Positions 14,971 through 28,365 of a stretch of DNA of 64,000 bases are shown piece after piece; within the stretch, counting starts at the first letter, position 1, and every line of letters starts with the position of its first letter. Where the stretch lies: NCBI GenBank assembly GCA_964057225.1, contig OZ059898.1, forward strand, positions 14,260,001-14,324,000, given 5' to 3'. The notes below the pieces were generated by a model. It was not told the DNA's origin and searched no databases. It saw only the letters and a program-made list of their open reading frames with translations. This stretch comes from Auanema rhodensis. Its lineage: Eukaryota > Animalia > Nematoda. The position numbers and the translations under genes are program-made.

Positions 14971-17900
14971 ATGACTCTTGAAGTTATTGAAAATAAAAGA
15001 AAAGTGTCGATCGTCCGTACTCCGGCTGATAAACAGACAAAGAAGGTATGTTCACCTTAATTTCTAATGATGTCTTGGAAATATATGTATGTGCAAAAAA
15101 GGAATCTGTTCTCCAAGTCACCACGGTGACAACGAAAAGATTAGCATTGTCTCTGCTCATTTTTTTCTTTTTTTTCCGATTAAACTGGGGAAATCGTTGT
15201 ATTCTACTTAATCTGTACACGTGAAAGTCACATCTGGAGAACAGGTCCTTATCAGATGTTTTCCTTATCGCCATCGAATGGTCAGCTTTGTGCCGTCTTG
15301 ATGCAATGAAATTTTAGTGTTCGCAAGGATAGTATTTGAAAAGAATATAGATGTTGAAAAGGCTTTCATAACTTTATAATGAAATCTTAATGACATATGG
15401 TAGTATCAGCTGATTATATTCTCAAGTATCCAATAGTTTTTCTTGGCTACTTATATGATTCAAATACCGGGAACATAATTATCACGATTGTCCGAATACT
15501 ACTTCAATCCTAATAAGGAGCGAGAACCTAGAATGATCATGTATTTCCATGGAAAAACTTTACTGAATGTAAAGACGACGACCAGCTTTCCCAACGAGTT
15601 GTTTGGTTTTTGAACTTGGTCTTCTCATTTGTGTGCTTTTAATGATAACCCAATGTTGTTCTATGATATAGTGCTAACATTCGTTTCATGAATTGCTAAG
15701 AAAACTGAAAATATGGAGAATATTCTGATATTGTTTTGCTTTAGGGTGATGTACTAACTCTTGTGCCTAAAAGAACAAGATGTGCAGTATCTGTTAGAGC
15801 TGATGACACGGATTCATGGGGAAAAGAAACTCTAGATGAGCGAGAAGACTTTCAACTGATGCTTCGAGACCCAACGGTTAAGGTAAGCTATTTTATCTCT
15901 TCGACTTGGTGTGATAGTATGGGCTGTTTCGATATTTTGTGAATCAATTTTTCTTCGAAAATTTTATGAAACTAACATCAGGATATAGTGTGAATTGAAT
16001 GTAACCGTTTTTCTTTTTTTTCTAATTAAAAATGAACAGGTGTTCTCAAGCTTTTTGCGACCATTAGTTCAAATAAATGAATACAATTGGTTTTTGATCT
16101 TAAGGAACCTTTTCTTCCTGGAAATTCGTATATAAATTTGAGTAATCTTGTTTCAAAACATAAAATTTGTGGTACGATTTGTTTGAATTCATTTCATATA
16201 TTGAAAACTTGCGTATAGTTGTAGTTCAATTTGCAAGAAAAATGTTGATTGTTATCTGAGCGATCATGGACGTCATGACACAAATTCTACTCGTTCTTTC
16301 TTCATTTGACGTAGTATTAAATCTAAATATAGTTTCGCAAAAAAAGAAAATGATTTTCACCGGATAGAAGCGGTTTTCTTGAAAGTAGAGAGAATAAGAT
16401 AGAAGGGAGGGAGAGGAAGAACAGCGGTTGATACAAAGAAAAGCTGAAGATGGGGGTGTTTTGCTATATTTCTAGCTGATTGTGATGTGATCAAGAAAAA
16501 AAAATATTTTACAGAATGACTTGCTGGATCGCCTGAATACATTCCGATGTAATAGAGAACTGTGTGATGTTGTTCTTTTTGTTAAGTAAGAGGATATATG
16601 AAGATATTAGGGGGATATGATTGTTTTCTTTTTAGGGAACGAGAAATCTTTGCTCATAAGGTTGTCTTAGCCGCAGTTTCACCAGCATTATTTGATATGT
16701 TTTTGAAATCAGATGAGGAAGACCGTGACAGTGAAGGTTTGCCATATTTAGATTTCACTATCTCCAACATGTTTTTAATATGTTCAGGGAATTCGACACC
16801 AAATTCAACAGTCAATAGCGGCGGGAGCAATGGATTTCATGTTCCTCCAACTGCGGTTTTGGTGAATATTGCTTTTCTTTCCTTTTTCTTATTTTTATTG
16901 TTGCAGGGCTCTTCATCCAAAAATCAGCTCTCATATTTCGAGTTTGCTCATTCTGACTTCGAGTGCTTTGAAGCATTGGTTACATTTGCATACACAGCTT
17001 AGTAAGTAGTTTATCGTAATCATATCCATACATGGATGTTTTCAGTCTTGAAATCAGCTCTAAAAAAGTTGCTGAGCTTTACAAGACTGCTTTTGCTCTT
17101 CAAATGGAGCCTGTTGTTAAAGCGTGTGCTGCCTTCCTTGGAGATAACTTGAATGTAAAGAATTGTATTGGTTAGTTTTGAACCCGTGGTTTCTATAAAC
17201 TACAAAGTGTTTGAAAATGATGAAGGAATTAATTTTTATTTTCAGGTATAAGACGTCAAGCTAATTTTAATAATGATACATACTTGCTTGGAAAAGTCGA
17301 CCGTTTCATTCGCGAAGAAATTAGCACGATTGTTGAAGATAGTGTGGAGTTTACTCAATTACCATGTGTCAAAGTCTGTTATATCTCTATTGGCTTGTTA
17401 ACTCTTGTGTTTTCTTCAGATTCGAATAATTTTGCCGGAAGAAATGCATGTTGAAGATAGAAGTGGTGCTAGTCTTGCCCAACGTGCTCTTGACTATTTG
17501 AATTCACTTCCTCATGATCGAATTGATCATTCAGTTGACATGCTTACTTGCAAGGTATTTCACATCCATAAAGTATAATGGTTTAATGCCATGGATTTCA
17601 GACCCATCTCCTGTATGTTGAAGAGGACGAACGACTTGCTGATTGTGCTGACATGGACGATCGATCTTCCGTTGGAAGTTGTGACATTATTCAGGATTAC
17701 AAAAAGTCGGGAAGCTCCGTCGCTCGAGCATTGAGCAAGTAAGTATTTTTTCTTTTTGCCATATTTCCCGTTTTCAATAGTGTTGCTGATGCTGCTGCTA
17801 TTGGTCCAGTTCAACATAGGGTCACGGGAGCCGTACCTGTGCGACTGAACGCTAGTCGAATTCCAAACGTATGATTCCCATTCGTTTTTGGCCTTATAAT

Positions 17901-19509
17901 CATATTTACAGCCTTTCCTTGATCTTCTTTATATAGTTTTCATTCAAAGAGTAATAATTTATCTTTTCAGGTTCGTTACTCCTCTACTGAAAGTTTGAAT
18001 TCTGTTGGAACGGACGAGAGTGATCCACAAGAAACTATCGAAACTCGTTTGATTGCTGTGCATCAAATAGCTGGTATTTCTTTCAAACTTCGATTGAAAT
18101 ATCATATTCGACTTTTCCAGCTGATTATTGGGCAGCATTGGCCGTTCTCTACAGAAGATTGGTGACGTTGAGCATTCAATTGACTGAAGATGATGAGCTG
18201 ATGACGAAACCACGTTTAAACAGCGGATCTTCTGATGTCAAACCTGTTGTTCCTAAACGAACAACAAATACAACACAACGTGTTCCTTTGGCTCCTATGA
18301 GCGGCCCACGTTGCTCGATCGGGGCTTCGTTTGTGAATGGAAAGATAATTGTCTGCGGTGGATATGATCGTGGAGAATGTCTGAAAACCGTAGAAGAATA
18401 CGATGTAACCAAGGGTGAATGGAAACAGTTAAAGTCAATGATTAACGAACGAGGCAGATTTGATAGTGCCGTTGTAAACGGAAAGGTTTGGTTAAGATTT
18501 CGAAAATGTAATTATAAGTTTCAAAATTCAGGTGTATGCTGTCGGTGGAAGTAACGGTAATCATGATCTTAAAACTGCTGAAGTTTTCGACCCCAAAATG
18601 AATAAGTGGGGAACAATCCCGTCACTTAATAAGCCCAGAAGCCATAATGGTACATATAGCTAATCTTCATTGCCCCGTTATACTATTGTTATTAGGTTGT
18701 GCGGCTCTCGAAGATTATATATATTGTATTGGTGGATCATGTGATCAAGTTGTTATGAAAGATTGCCTTCGTTATAAGGAGGGAATGAGTGAATGGGAGC
18801 AGATTCCTGGTATGGAACATGCTCGTTATCAAGCTGGAGTTATTACTTGGAGGGGATTGGTGGTTGCCGTTGGAGGATGTGACAGGTAAAACAGAAATTA
18901 TGAACTTGGCAAACAACACGCACTCTTTCAGATGGGCTTGTATGGATTCTATAGAAGCGTATGACCCTAAAACTAACGCTTGGAAACAATTAGCTAAATT
19001 ACGAGTAGCACGACGTGGTTGTGCTGTAGCTGTCATCAGAGGTTGTTGCTTTATGTGGAAACTGTATAAGTTGATTCCATTCCAGATACTTTATACGCAA
19101 TCGGTGGGCATGATGGATCTCAATCCTTATGCTCTGTCGAAATCTTAGATCATCCTAACGGAAACTGGCGTAATGGACCATCTCTCATCACTCCTAGGTA
19201 AGCAGACGTGTTTTAACTTTACAACCGGGGTTTTCCTTCAGAGCCAATACTCATGCTGTTGTTACTGCTGGTAATGTTATTTATGCCATAGGTGGTTTTA
19301 ATGGAAATCAGTTCCTAAACTCAATCGAATTGCTTGAATCAGGTTAGTTCTTGTTATCCTCAACAACTCATTCACCACATTCTATTTCAGAGTCTGTTGG
19401 ATGGAGAAATTGGCAACTAAATGCTACTGATATGCTAAAGGAAGAAGAGGACGACGAAGATTCAACTGTTCCAACTGTGGTTGTAGGAACTGCTGTAGAA
19501 GCTCAATAA
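14971..19509 (+). CDS. IVNS1ABP: BTB-BACK-Kelch protein, influenza NS1A-binding protein (IVNS1ABP/NS1-BP)-like
   Basis: Exon 14971-15045 (MTLEVIENKRK..QTKK) splices in frame to 15745 (GDVLTL..DPTVK). BTB: NRELCDVVLFVKEREIFAHKVVLAAVSP..ALVTFAYTA. BACK: LNVKNCIGIRRQA. Kelch repeats: VCGGYDRGECLKTVEEYD, AVGGSNG, CIGGSCD, AVGGCDR, AIGGHDG, AIGGFNG. Stop TAA 19507-19509. The start exon is less certain. Confidence 0.85.
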
Positions 19510-19993
19510 CTCCATTTTCTGCAAAGAAAATTATATCATTCCACTGTTATCAACTGAGCGAGCAGATTTATCAAAGCTCGTGTATCATGAACCTCTATTA
19601 TTTTCTGAAAAATATCTGCCGTTTTGTTGTGATGTAAAAACAGAAAAATCAAATATTCCCAACCTTTATGTAAATGTTTGTTAAATTTCTGATGTACATA
19701 TAGCTAATACTTCTTTGTCTATTTATTCTCAAGGATATGTGTCTCTTTTCATATGAAATATAAAATTCTGAAGGAAAATCATGAAAACATTTCATTTTTG
19801 GCAACATTTCGCTCTAATTTGTTCATACTTTCAAAATGAACTTTATATCACAAATTGTTCATTGTCCCTTTTATAAAATGAAAATTTCATTTTCAAATTT
19901 AAAATTGTTGCTTCCAATGTATTACCAACACGCTACCTTTTGAATGTTTTTACAAGAAAGAGCAAATTTTCGTATAATTAGTGAAAGGAACAT

Positions 19994-21485
19994 ATGATTG
20001 AACGATGGCTTCATCGACAGTTTCTTCTCAGGAAAGGCAGATGTGCTTTGATACTTCTAGCTTTGACGTCACTTTATTTTTCTGGAATGAGTGACCATTT
20101 AAGTGCCATTTCATTTCGTCATTTCCAATGGGTTCCTGCTCATGTAGATGTTTTTGAAGAGGTTATTCAAGCTTAGCAATCCACATGAAAGCATTCGTTT
20201 GCAGGTACATCAGGCTTTAGCTAGTAAGCAGTTAAAAGCTCCCATAATGAACAACTTACCACAATTACAAACATTATTTGAACCAGAGTACATATAAACA
20301 TAGGATATTCAGTATTCAACAACTTCATATTTTTAGATGCGGAAAAGATTATTCGGATTTGAAGTATAAACTTCTAATCATAGTGAAATCAGCTGTTCAG
20401 CATACTAAAGTAAGTATTTGATTGAATAGTAAAAAGATTTTACTTCGTTTTCAAACCCAGGCAAGGGATGCTATTCGGAATACGTGGGGACATGAAAACT
20501 TCATTGATAATTATCTGATTAGAACTATATTCATAGTTGGACGTTTTCAAGATGATAAAGAACAAATTAGTATGGCAGGAGGTTTTCATTCAAGGCTGGA
20601 AAAAGTAAATTGCATTTGTTTTCCATTTAAGCTATACAACGAGAATCTGAGTTACAAGGTGATTTACTGGTAATGGACGAACCCGACGTATATGAAGCAA
20701 ATATTCGTAAAGTATTTTGAAAATAATGAATTTAGTCAATTTCAAATTCTTTATTTAGTTTCTTCATTCAATCAAATATGCTCATTTACCTGGTAAGGAT
20801 TGCGCTCCTCCAGATTACTTACTGCTGATTGATGATGATTACATGCTTTCAACTCATAATCTTGTTCGTCTTTTGGATGAAAGAAGCTCAAGTGACGAGG
20901 TATCCTATTCTTATACTTCATTACACATTTTAAGAGGTTAAACTTGAATTTAGATGTACGAAGGCTGGATGTTTGATACAAGTCCATTCAGATTCAAGTT
21001 ACACAAGCATTCGGTAATTCTCAATATTTGAAGATTTTTAATTCTAATTTATTATATCTGCAGATTTCTTTAAATGATTATCCATATGATCGATATCCTG
21101 CTTACATAACTGCTGGAGCAGTGCTCATGTCAAAATCAACAGTTGATAGATTTTACTATGCAATTCAGATAATTAAGGTCCTTAACCATGTGATTGTGGT
21201 GTGCTTTATGTTGTAATTTTTCAGTTGTTTCCTTTCGATGATGTGTATGCTGGCATCGTAGCATACCTGTTGCATGTTCGTCCTGAACAGAACGATGGAT
21301 TTCTTTTCTGGACAAGAGATGTGTCTCATGAGGAATGGATGGATGGTCAAGTTCGTTCAAATCATTTAGCTTCTCTCACTTTTACTGAACAAATACATTT
21401 CTTCTAGGTCATAGCAGCACACGGATTTGATCCCAAAAAAATGGAAGAACAGTATCCTCTAGTTCGATTTACTGTACCAGGTTAA
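19994..21485 (+). CDS. bre-5: GT31 beta-1,3-glycosyltransferase, Brainiac/BRE-5 orthologue (glycosphingolipid synthesis)
   Basis: N-terminal type II TM. Motifs LIIVKSA..RDAIRNTWG, LLIDDDY (DxD), YEGWMFDTSPFRFKLHKHSISLNDYPYDRYPAYITAGAV, FPFDDVYAGI and IAAHGF closely match C. elegans BRE-5 as I recall it. Confidence 0.85.
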
Positions 21486-22416
21486 TGGATATCGAATCAA
21501 GAACGTATTAGGCTATTTTTGGATCTCTTATCAGGACGAAGATTGCTCATCTTGCATAATTTATTTGTTTTTCTATATATATTGAGAAAATAAAAATAAA
21601 AGTATCATACCTATATATCATATTGTGTACCAATGTATCAAAGTACAAAACTACAATATTATACTCTGAGCATATCAAGTAAACAGCATTAAGTACTCGC
21701 AAGAAAAATAAACAAATGCAACCGCACTCTAACTAAAAGTAAAATAAAATGAAAATAAATATTGTACATGGCGTTCGCGCATTGTTCTAATTAGCATAAA
21801 TTATATGAATGATTGAAGCATAATTAGGACCATAATTGTTACTTTAAAATTGTTTTGAACATCTAATTATTCAGTTTTTACATTGAAAAATACAGATATA
21901 ACTGGAATTTCCTGAAAGAAAAGAAGGAGACAGGAAGCTGGACTTTATAAGATTAATCAAATACATAAATTAATGGAATATATAGTTTATATATGCCAGC
22001 AAAAATATTATTTTGGCAAAACATTAAATTATTGTAATATTTTTGATCATTTATCTAATGCTCTGAGCTAATAGTTACTGCTGATAAGATTTAATAGAAT
22101 ATGTGATCTTGTTCAAATGAATCTTATCAATTACATGATAGTAATAGATTGCTGAAAACATATGTTATCTATTACCTTGAATATGTATTTTTTATTCTTA
22201 AATGATGGCTTAATAGAGTATAGTCAGAGTTAAAGTTGATATGCGTTCAGATGCTCTTTTCACATTTCATTAATCACATTAGTTACATACTAACTGTCTC
22301 ACTTCAATATGTTTTTGAAAATTTGAAAATTTTATTTCAATAATTTTACTTTTTTATAGAATTTTCTTTTATTTTTAACAACAACTAAAAACCGCACAAG
22401 GAGCGACCAAAGAAAT

Positions 22417-22902
22417 ATGCTCATATGGATTACTTTAGCTTTCTCCGTACTTTATCCAGTTGAATGCTATAAAATTTTAATTTTTTCTGCTCCAACTGGA
22501 TTCAGTCATACACAATTTACTCGAAGTATAATAGATACAATAGCAGATGCTGGTCATAATGTGGTATGTTTCATCTTCAATTCAATTCATCCAGAGCTTC
22601 ATAGTATACCGAAAATACTTATTAACAGACCGTTTTAATGCCGTTACCAGATGAGAAAACGGCAAAAATGGCTAGTCCTAAAGCGAGATATGTATTTGTA
22701 GATGCACCAGATGATATTAAACAACGATTTGCTAAACGAGCACAAGGATTTTGGAAGGTATGCTTGAATTTTAATTTTGAATTCTTCTTTCTTCGAATTC
22801 CTATCTGATTCATCTTTGCCATAGTGTATTGGATTATGATCTCCTGATGTCTGATTATAGACATGAATCTGATAAAAGTTGAGAGAGAGAAAGAGGGAGA
22901 GA

Positions 22903-22952
<50 letters not shown>

Positions 22953-24886
22953 AAGGGAGAGAAAGAGAGGGAAAGAAAGGAAGAGAGAGAATGAAACATA
23001 AAATACAAATATCAATTTGAGGTATTAAATCCAATAAGAGATAGTAAAGGAACTCTTTCAATTTCTTCGGTCTACTCATTTTATTTTTGCTTATTTCAAC
23101 TAAATCAAGCATAAGAAGTACCAGAATCAGAATATTAAGAAAGAGATATACTATACATATTATATATTTTGACAGACAGATGCCTTCTTTGGAAATCTTC
23201 ATACATTACATAAAATTAGTAATATTCAAGTGGATTTTTGTGATTGTATGTTTCATTAAATCTTTTAAATTATAATTTCATTTAAAGATTTAATTGGAAA
23301 TATGCATTTATATTTGGATGAATTGCAAGATTCTTACGATGTAGCTATAGCAGATCTTGCTGGATTCTGTGCTTTTGGAATCTTTCATGTCAGCTTTCAA
23401 TAATTTTATTCGAAAACCATTCAATTCTTACAGAAACTTCAAATTCGAAGTTATACTGTTATATCAGCTATTGGATTTGTATCAACATATAGTAAAGATT
23501 TTCAAGTTCCTATTGTATATAGTTATATGCCAGGTATTCAATACTTTTAAAATAATTTTGAACATTAGTATATCAAACTGTTAAGCTTCTTTACTTTATT
23601 TTACTGATCGTATGTCATTCCTCCAACGTACCTTCAATGCTTTTTGGCATCTTGGCTCTGATATCGGTTTTCATTATGGCTTTGTTGCTGGATATCTGGT
23701 AAGCAAATGGATTTGTCTCCGTTCATTCATAATTTTCTCTTTTCTATCATAGAGATTGTTTGTAAAGTATGGTATCGAATTAGATATTAATCGGGATATA
23801 AATGGAAAAACCAATTACTATCTGGTTAATACAGTTGAACATCTGGATTATGCTCGTCCTAACTCCGGAAAAATGAAATATATTGGAGGAATTGCGGTGA
23901 AACCAGCAGGCAATATGCCAGCAGAGTTTGATACTATCTTAAACAAATCCAAGAAAGGCACAATTGCCATAAGCTTTGGATCATTTGCTACTACATCGGA
24001 TATGCTGCCAGAAATGAAAAAAGCCGTTCTGGATGCCGTACAAGGTTTGTGAGAAAGCCATCGCAGAACTTCATACTGATGTCGTTTATAGAATTTTCCG
24101 ATTATCAATTCATTTGGCGAGTTGACAAATCTGATTTATCGTTGTCAAACCAATATACGAACCTTAAGACTGTTCTTTGGCTACCACAAAGAGAATTATT
24201 AAGTTATCTAACGACGATTAGAGCTTATCCATTAGTTATCTTCAGATGATGCTCGTGTTAAGATATTTATTGGCCACGCTGGCATGAATAGTGTCTTAGA
24301 AACGGCAATATCAGGAAAGCCAAGCATACTAGTTCCCATATTTGGTGATCAATTCCAAGTTTGAACAACTGTTTCTTCTATGAGAAAAGAAGTTCTAATA
24401 TTCAGAATGCTGGAATGATGTCACGATTGAATTCTTCAAAAATTCTTTGGAAAGAATCATTGAAAGGTGATGCGGTAATAGAAGCATTAAGAGAGTTATT
24501 ACAGACTGACAGGTACATAATCCATATCTTCAATCCACAAAATAAGACATTTGATTTGATTTCAGTTATGCAAAGAATGGAAATAGGATAGCAGAGTTGA
24601 TAAAAACAGAGAAATTAACTCCTAATGATGTTTTACTTCAATCATTAGAACGAACAGGTGAAGAGGATAGTCTTGAACTTCATCTAATGATGACAATGTT
24701 TCAGCTCGATTTGGAAAAATAGCTAGTTTGGATAATACTGGTTATGAAATGAATTTCATACAATATTATTCAGTGGATGTTTTCGCTTTTTATGCTCTAA
24801 TTATATATATTTTCATAAAATTAACACAAAAATTATATTATAATACCATATATCATATAATTAATTTTAAATTAAAACAAGAATAA
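22417..24886 (+). CDS. UDP-glucuronosyl/glucosyltransferase (nematode ugt family)
   Basis: Signal peptide, YKILIFS..GFSH (catalytic His), GHNVTVL, ISFGS, UGT signature WLPQRELL..FIGHAGMNSVLET..VPIFGDQ, C-terminal TM and KxKxx ER motif (KLKQE*). The exons I traced splice in frame. Confidence 0.92.
22880..22990. repeat. (GA)n-rich microsatellite in UGT intron 2
   Basis: Directly visible. It generates the spurious LSLSLS ORFs on the minus strand. Confidence 0.95.
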
Positions 24887-25014
24887 ATAGATTTATTTTA
24901 AAGATTTTAATTACATTCATTTCAAGTTATTTTTTGAATTTTTTATATTTCAAGAAAAGAAAAATGAAAAATTGATCTCAAATTATTATGTCCAAACATT
25001 GAAATTGGTAAGAT

Positions 25015-25112
25015 TTATCAATGAGAAGCATTTAGTTATCAAGAAAACTTCTTTAGGACAGAGACAAGGCAAAGGAAACACTCAATAATACTTCATATCA
25101 GAGGTATGTTTC

Positions 25113-25143
<31 letters not shown>

Positions 25144-25471
25144 CCATATATACGGAGATAACAATCGAAGGGAGCTTTCATAAGATGAAAACATATAATA
25201 TATGAGAAATGTATTTGGTTTGCATACATTTCCTGATACAACAATGAGTCATTTGATAAATTCTTATCGATACTTGATCATCTTCAAGCGTTTGTCATAC
25301 TATTTAAGGTGAAGCCTTTTCTTGTGATAAGCATATTCGTTTATACGTCATTGCACCTACCTTTTGAGTTTATATGAACCGTAGAGAGATTGTTTTGTTT
25401 TATTTTTCATTGAAAATTTGATTATTTTACTATGAATATCATTGAATAACTTAGTTCTTACAGAATTATCA
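25015..25471. promoter_or_regulatory. Cluster of TGATAA GATA sites upstream of the vWA-alpha-kinase
   Basis: TTATCA/TGATAA at 25015, 25036, 25254, 25325 and 25466. TGATAA is the ELT-2 intestinal consensus. Confidence 0.45.
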
Positions 25472-25485
25472 ACTAGAAGAGAAAC

Positions 25486-27979
25486 ATGTCAGATCGAACA
25501 ACTGCTCATCGACGGACAGGTATCTTGAATTCTTAAAACTAAACTGATTTCAATGATTCAGAAAGTGTCGAAAACCCTACAAGTCAAAGTATTCCTCCAT
25601 CTGGAGTTGAAACGGGGAAACGCGAGAGAACACAAAGAAGGAAGAAACATAATCAGAATCAACGCTGTATTCCAAGTAGCTCAGAAGAACAATCAGAAAT
25701 AGATGTACAGGGGAGGCTTGAGATTCAAAATGATTCACAAGTTCAACAAGATTCACATTTCAATAAGAGAAGGGGAGGTAAAAAAGATCGAAATCAGAAG
25801 CGGTTGGAAACTTCAGAGGAGAATAAAGATATGAACGAGGGATGCCTGCATACTGGGGACAGTTGCCTGAGGCCAAACTGTTCAGAAAATCAGGATAAGG
25901 AAGTGAAGGAACAAAAAAAGAAAAGAAATCAGCCGAAACACAAAATTCCACGAGATTCAGTACGAAAAGGAGAGAAAGGAGGGACAATTCTATCTATGAA
26001 AATAACAAACTCACCCATAGTTGAACTTACTGTATTCACGCCAGAATCAACACAAGAGATGAACACACGATTGAGATCTGTTTTTGAGGAGGAAGATATG
26101 GATTTTGGTCAGGATGTTGTTGCTGATGAACTGGCTAATCGGTTCAAAGTCGCAATTGGTCTTCGTGAGAAACGGATTAATGAAGTAAGTTTCAGCTCTT
26201 AAACACTCAACAACTAACTTAACAACTTATAGGTTTTCAAAGCAATTGAGGAATCAGCTTCAGTTCAACTTTGCTTTCTGATTGATGCAACTGGCAGCAT
26301 GGACCCTCATATTGCAGGAGTAAAAGATGCAATTATGAATATTGTTGATGAACTTTGTAAACGTCAACCTGATTTAAAAGGCGACAAAATTGTGAAAAAA
26401 ATTCTGCTCAGCATATTTGCATATCGGGATTTTGATGTAACATGCCGGCATCAGAGGCTTCAATTCACAAAATCTGTGACTATGTTTCATAACTTCTGTG
26501 CAAACCTAAAAGCATATGGTGGACGCGATGCTGCTGAAGATGTAGCAGGAGGCTTGGATGGTGCTTTGAAGGTAATATTTCCAATATTTTTACAAATATT
26601 TTTCGAAATTTCAGTTAAATTGGCTGCCAGAGTATAGAACTAAAGTTATATTTCATATAGCTGATTATCCTGGACATGGACAAGAGCTTCATAACCAAAA
26701 TTCAAACTATGATGATTATCTGAATGGAGATCCATATGGATTGAAATATCCTGATCTATTCAAATCATTACGAGAGAAGAACATTCAATACTTTTTTGGA
26801 AAAATACACAATAGAACTGACATAATGATACAGAAGTTTTCTGAATACTATGGAAGTCCTGTGATTCAATTCAATATAGAAGAAGTTAACAGAATTTGTG
26901 AATCTGTTGTATCTGCAGTTAAGGAATCAGTTAGTACTTCTGTAGATCAATCAACTACTGTTGGAACGAAAACAAATGAGATTAGTTCATATATCCTTGA
27001 TACTATAGAACCAAATTGGAACAAATGTAAAGTAAATGAAGGTAAAGTTGTAAGTTGAATATCATTGTAAACAACGTTGTTTCAGGAAAGTTTATTTGTT
27101 ATAAGCATCCCACAAGTATACAAGATATTCTGAATGATATACCATTATTGGAAGAGGAGCCTATGAAAGGATTCATGAAAATAGCAGCAAATCCTTTTGC
27201 TATGACAAGTGGACGAATGTACTATTATGCTCGTGAAGATGGACATTTCTTGAGAAAATCTGATCCTCATTCTCCGAATCAGGAAGTAAAGTCTCATGAG
27301 TTTGTCATGAAAGAATATGTTAATACAGCAAATGGTTTGAATACAAGCAAAAGATACAAAGTTTCTAATCGAATTCAAATCATTTCTTCATATTTAGCTA
27401 TTAAATTCAATAAAGATATAAAGGTATTTTAAGATATAAATCATTTAAAAGCTAATATTCTCATTAAGGAAAAGGTTCATTTGGAAAAAAGAATTCAATT
27501 CTTGAATACTCGGACTTTCTGCTATTCAACTGAAACTGCAAAAGCGCGATTCATGACATGTGAGCCTCGGATCAAAAAGAATAATGGACAATTTCTTCGA
27601 TTTACTAATAATACGAATTATTCTATTTTGGAATCAAAAACTGAATCTATGGGCATTTCAAAAGAATTTTTGGAATTAATTGTAGCTTTTTCTCATTGGA
27701 CCTATGAGGTAGATATCATTGATGATGCAAATTAAGCCTTTAATCAATGCTTTTCAGGTCACCCATGGATATCTTATGATTGTTGATCTGCAAGGAAATA
27801 TTCCAGATGATGTAAACGACAAAACTCATATTCTCGTCACAGATCCTGCTATACATTGCAAAGATGTTACTCGATTTGGACATTTGAATCTTGGAACAAG
27901 AGGAATGCAGAACTTCTTTAAAAGACATTGCTGTAACCATATCTGCCAAAAGTTAAATCTCTCGGAACCCACCCTCTAA
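25486..27979 (+). CDS. vWA domain + alpha-type (eEF2K/MHCK-family) protein kinase, VwkA-like architecture
   Basis: Disordered, charged N-terminus. vWA: QLCFLIDATGSM..AYRD..GGRDAAEDVAGGL..IFHIADYPGHG. Alpha-kinase: NPFA..R, VMKEY, AFSHWTYE, IVDLQG, VTDPAIH, FGHLNLGTRGM and Zn motif RHCCNHIC. Seven exons. Confidence 0.9.
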
Positions 27980-28084
27980 GGAATACTCTGACAGCAGTTT
28001 CATCAGCGGCTTGTAATATGCGAGTTGAATCTCTCGGAACGCACCTCCCAACGAAGACTCTGACAGCAGTTTCATCAGCCGCTT
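27951..28084 (+). repeat. 72-bp period tandem duplication spanning the kinase stop codon
   Basis: agtt.aatctctcggaac..actctgacagcagtttcatcagc.gctt occurs at 27951 and again at 28023. Confidence 0.9.
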
Positions 28085-28365
28085 ACAAACTTGAATTACA
28101 TATATTTCAATTTTTTGTATTTATCAAGTTTTTTTCAATTTCATTTTAAATATTTGGATGTATAATTATAAAAAAATTTCTTGATTATACATAAATAAAT
28201 AAATGAAATTATCATATTTTTATAATTTTTATATAATAATTTAACTAAATATATGTATGTATGTCACGGATTTTAATACATGTTAATTTTTTGTTTTACT
28301 CTGTACAACCGTAGGTAACAAAACAATAAATAGTTTTACAATGAATAGTTAACGAATATCCTTTT

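Noticed and set aside
22622-23202. Three overlapping minus-strand LSLSLS ORFs
   Set aside because: Artefacts of the (GA)n microsatellite in a UGT intron.
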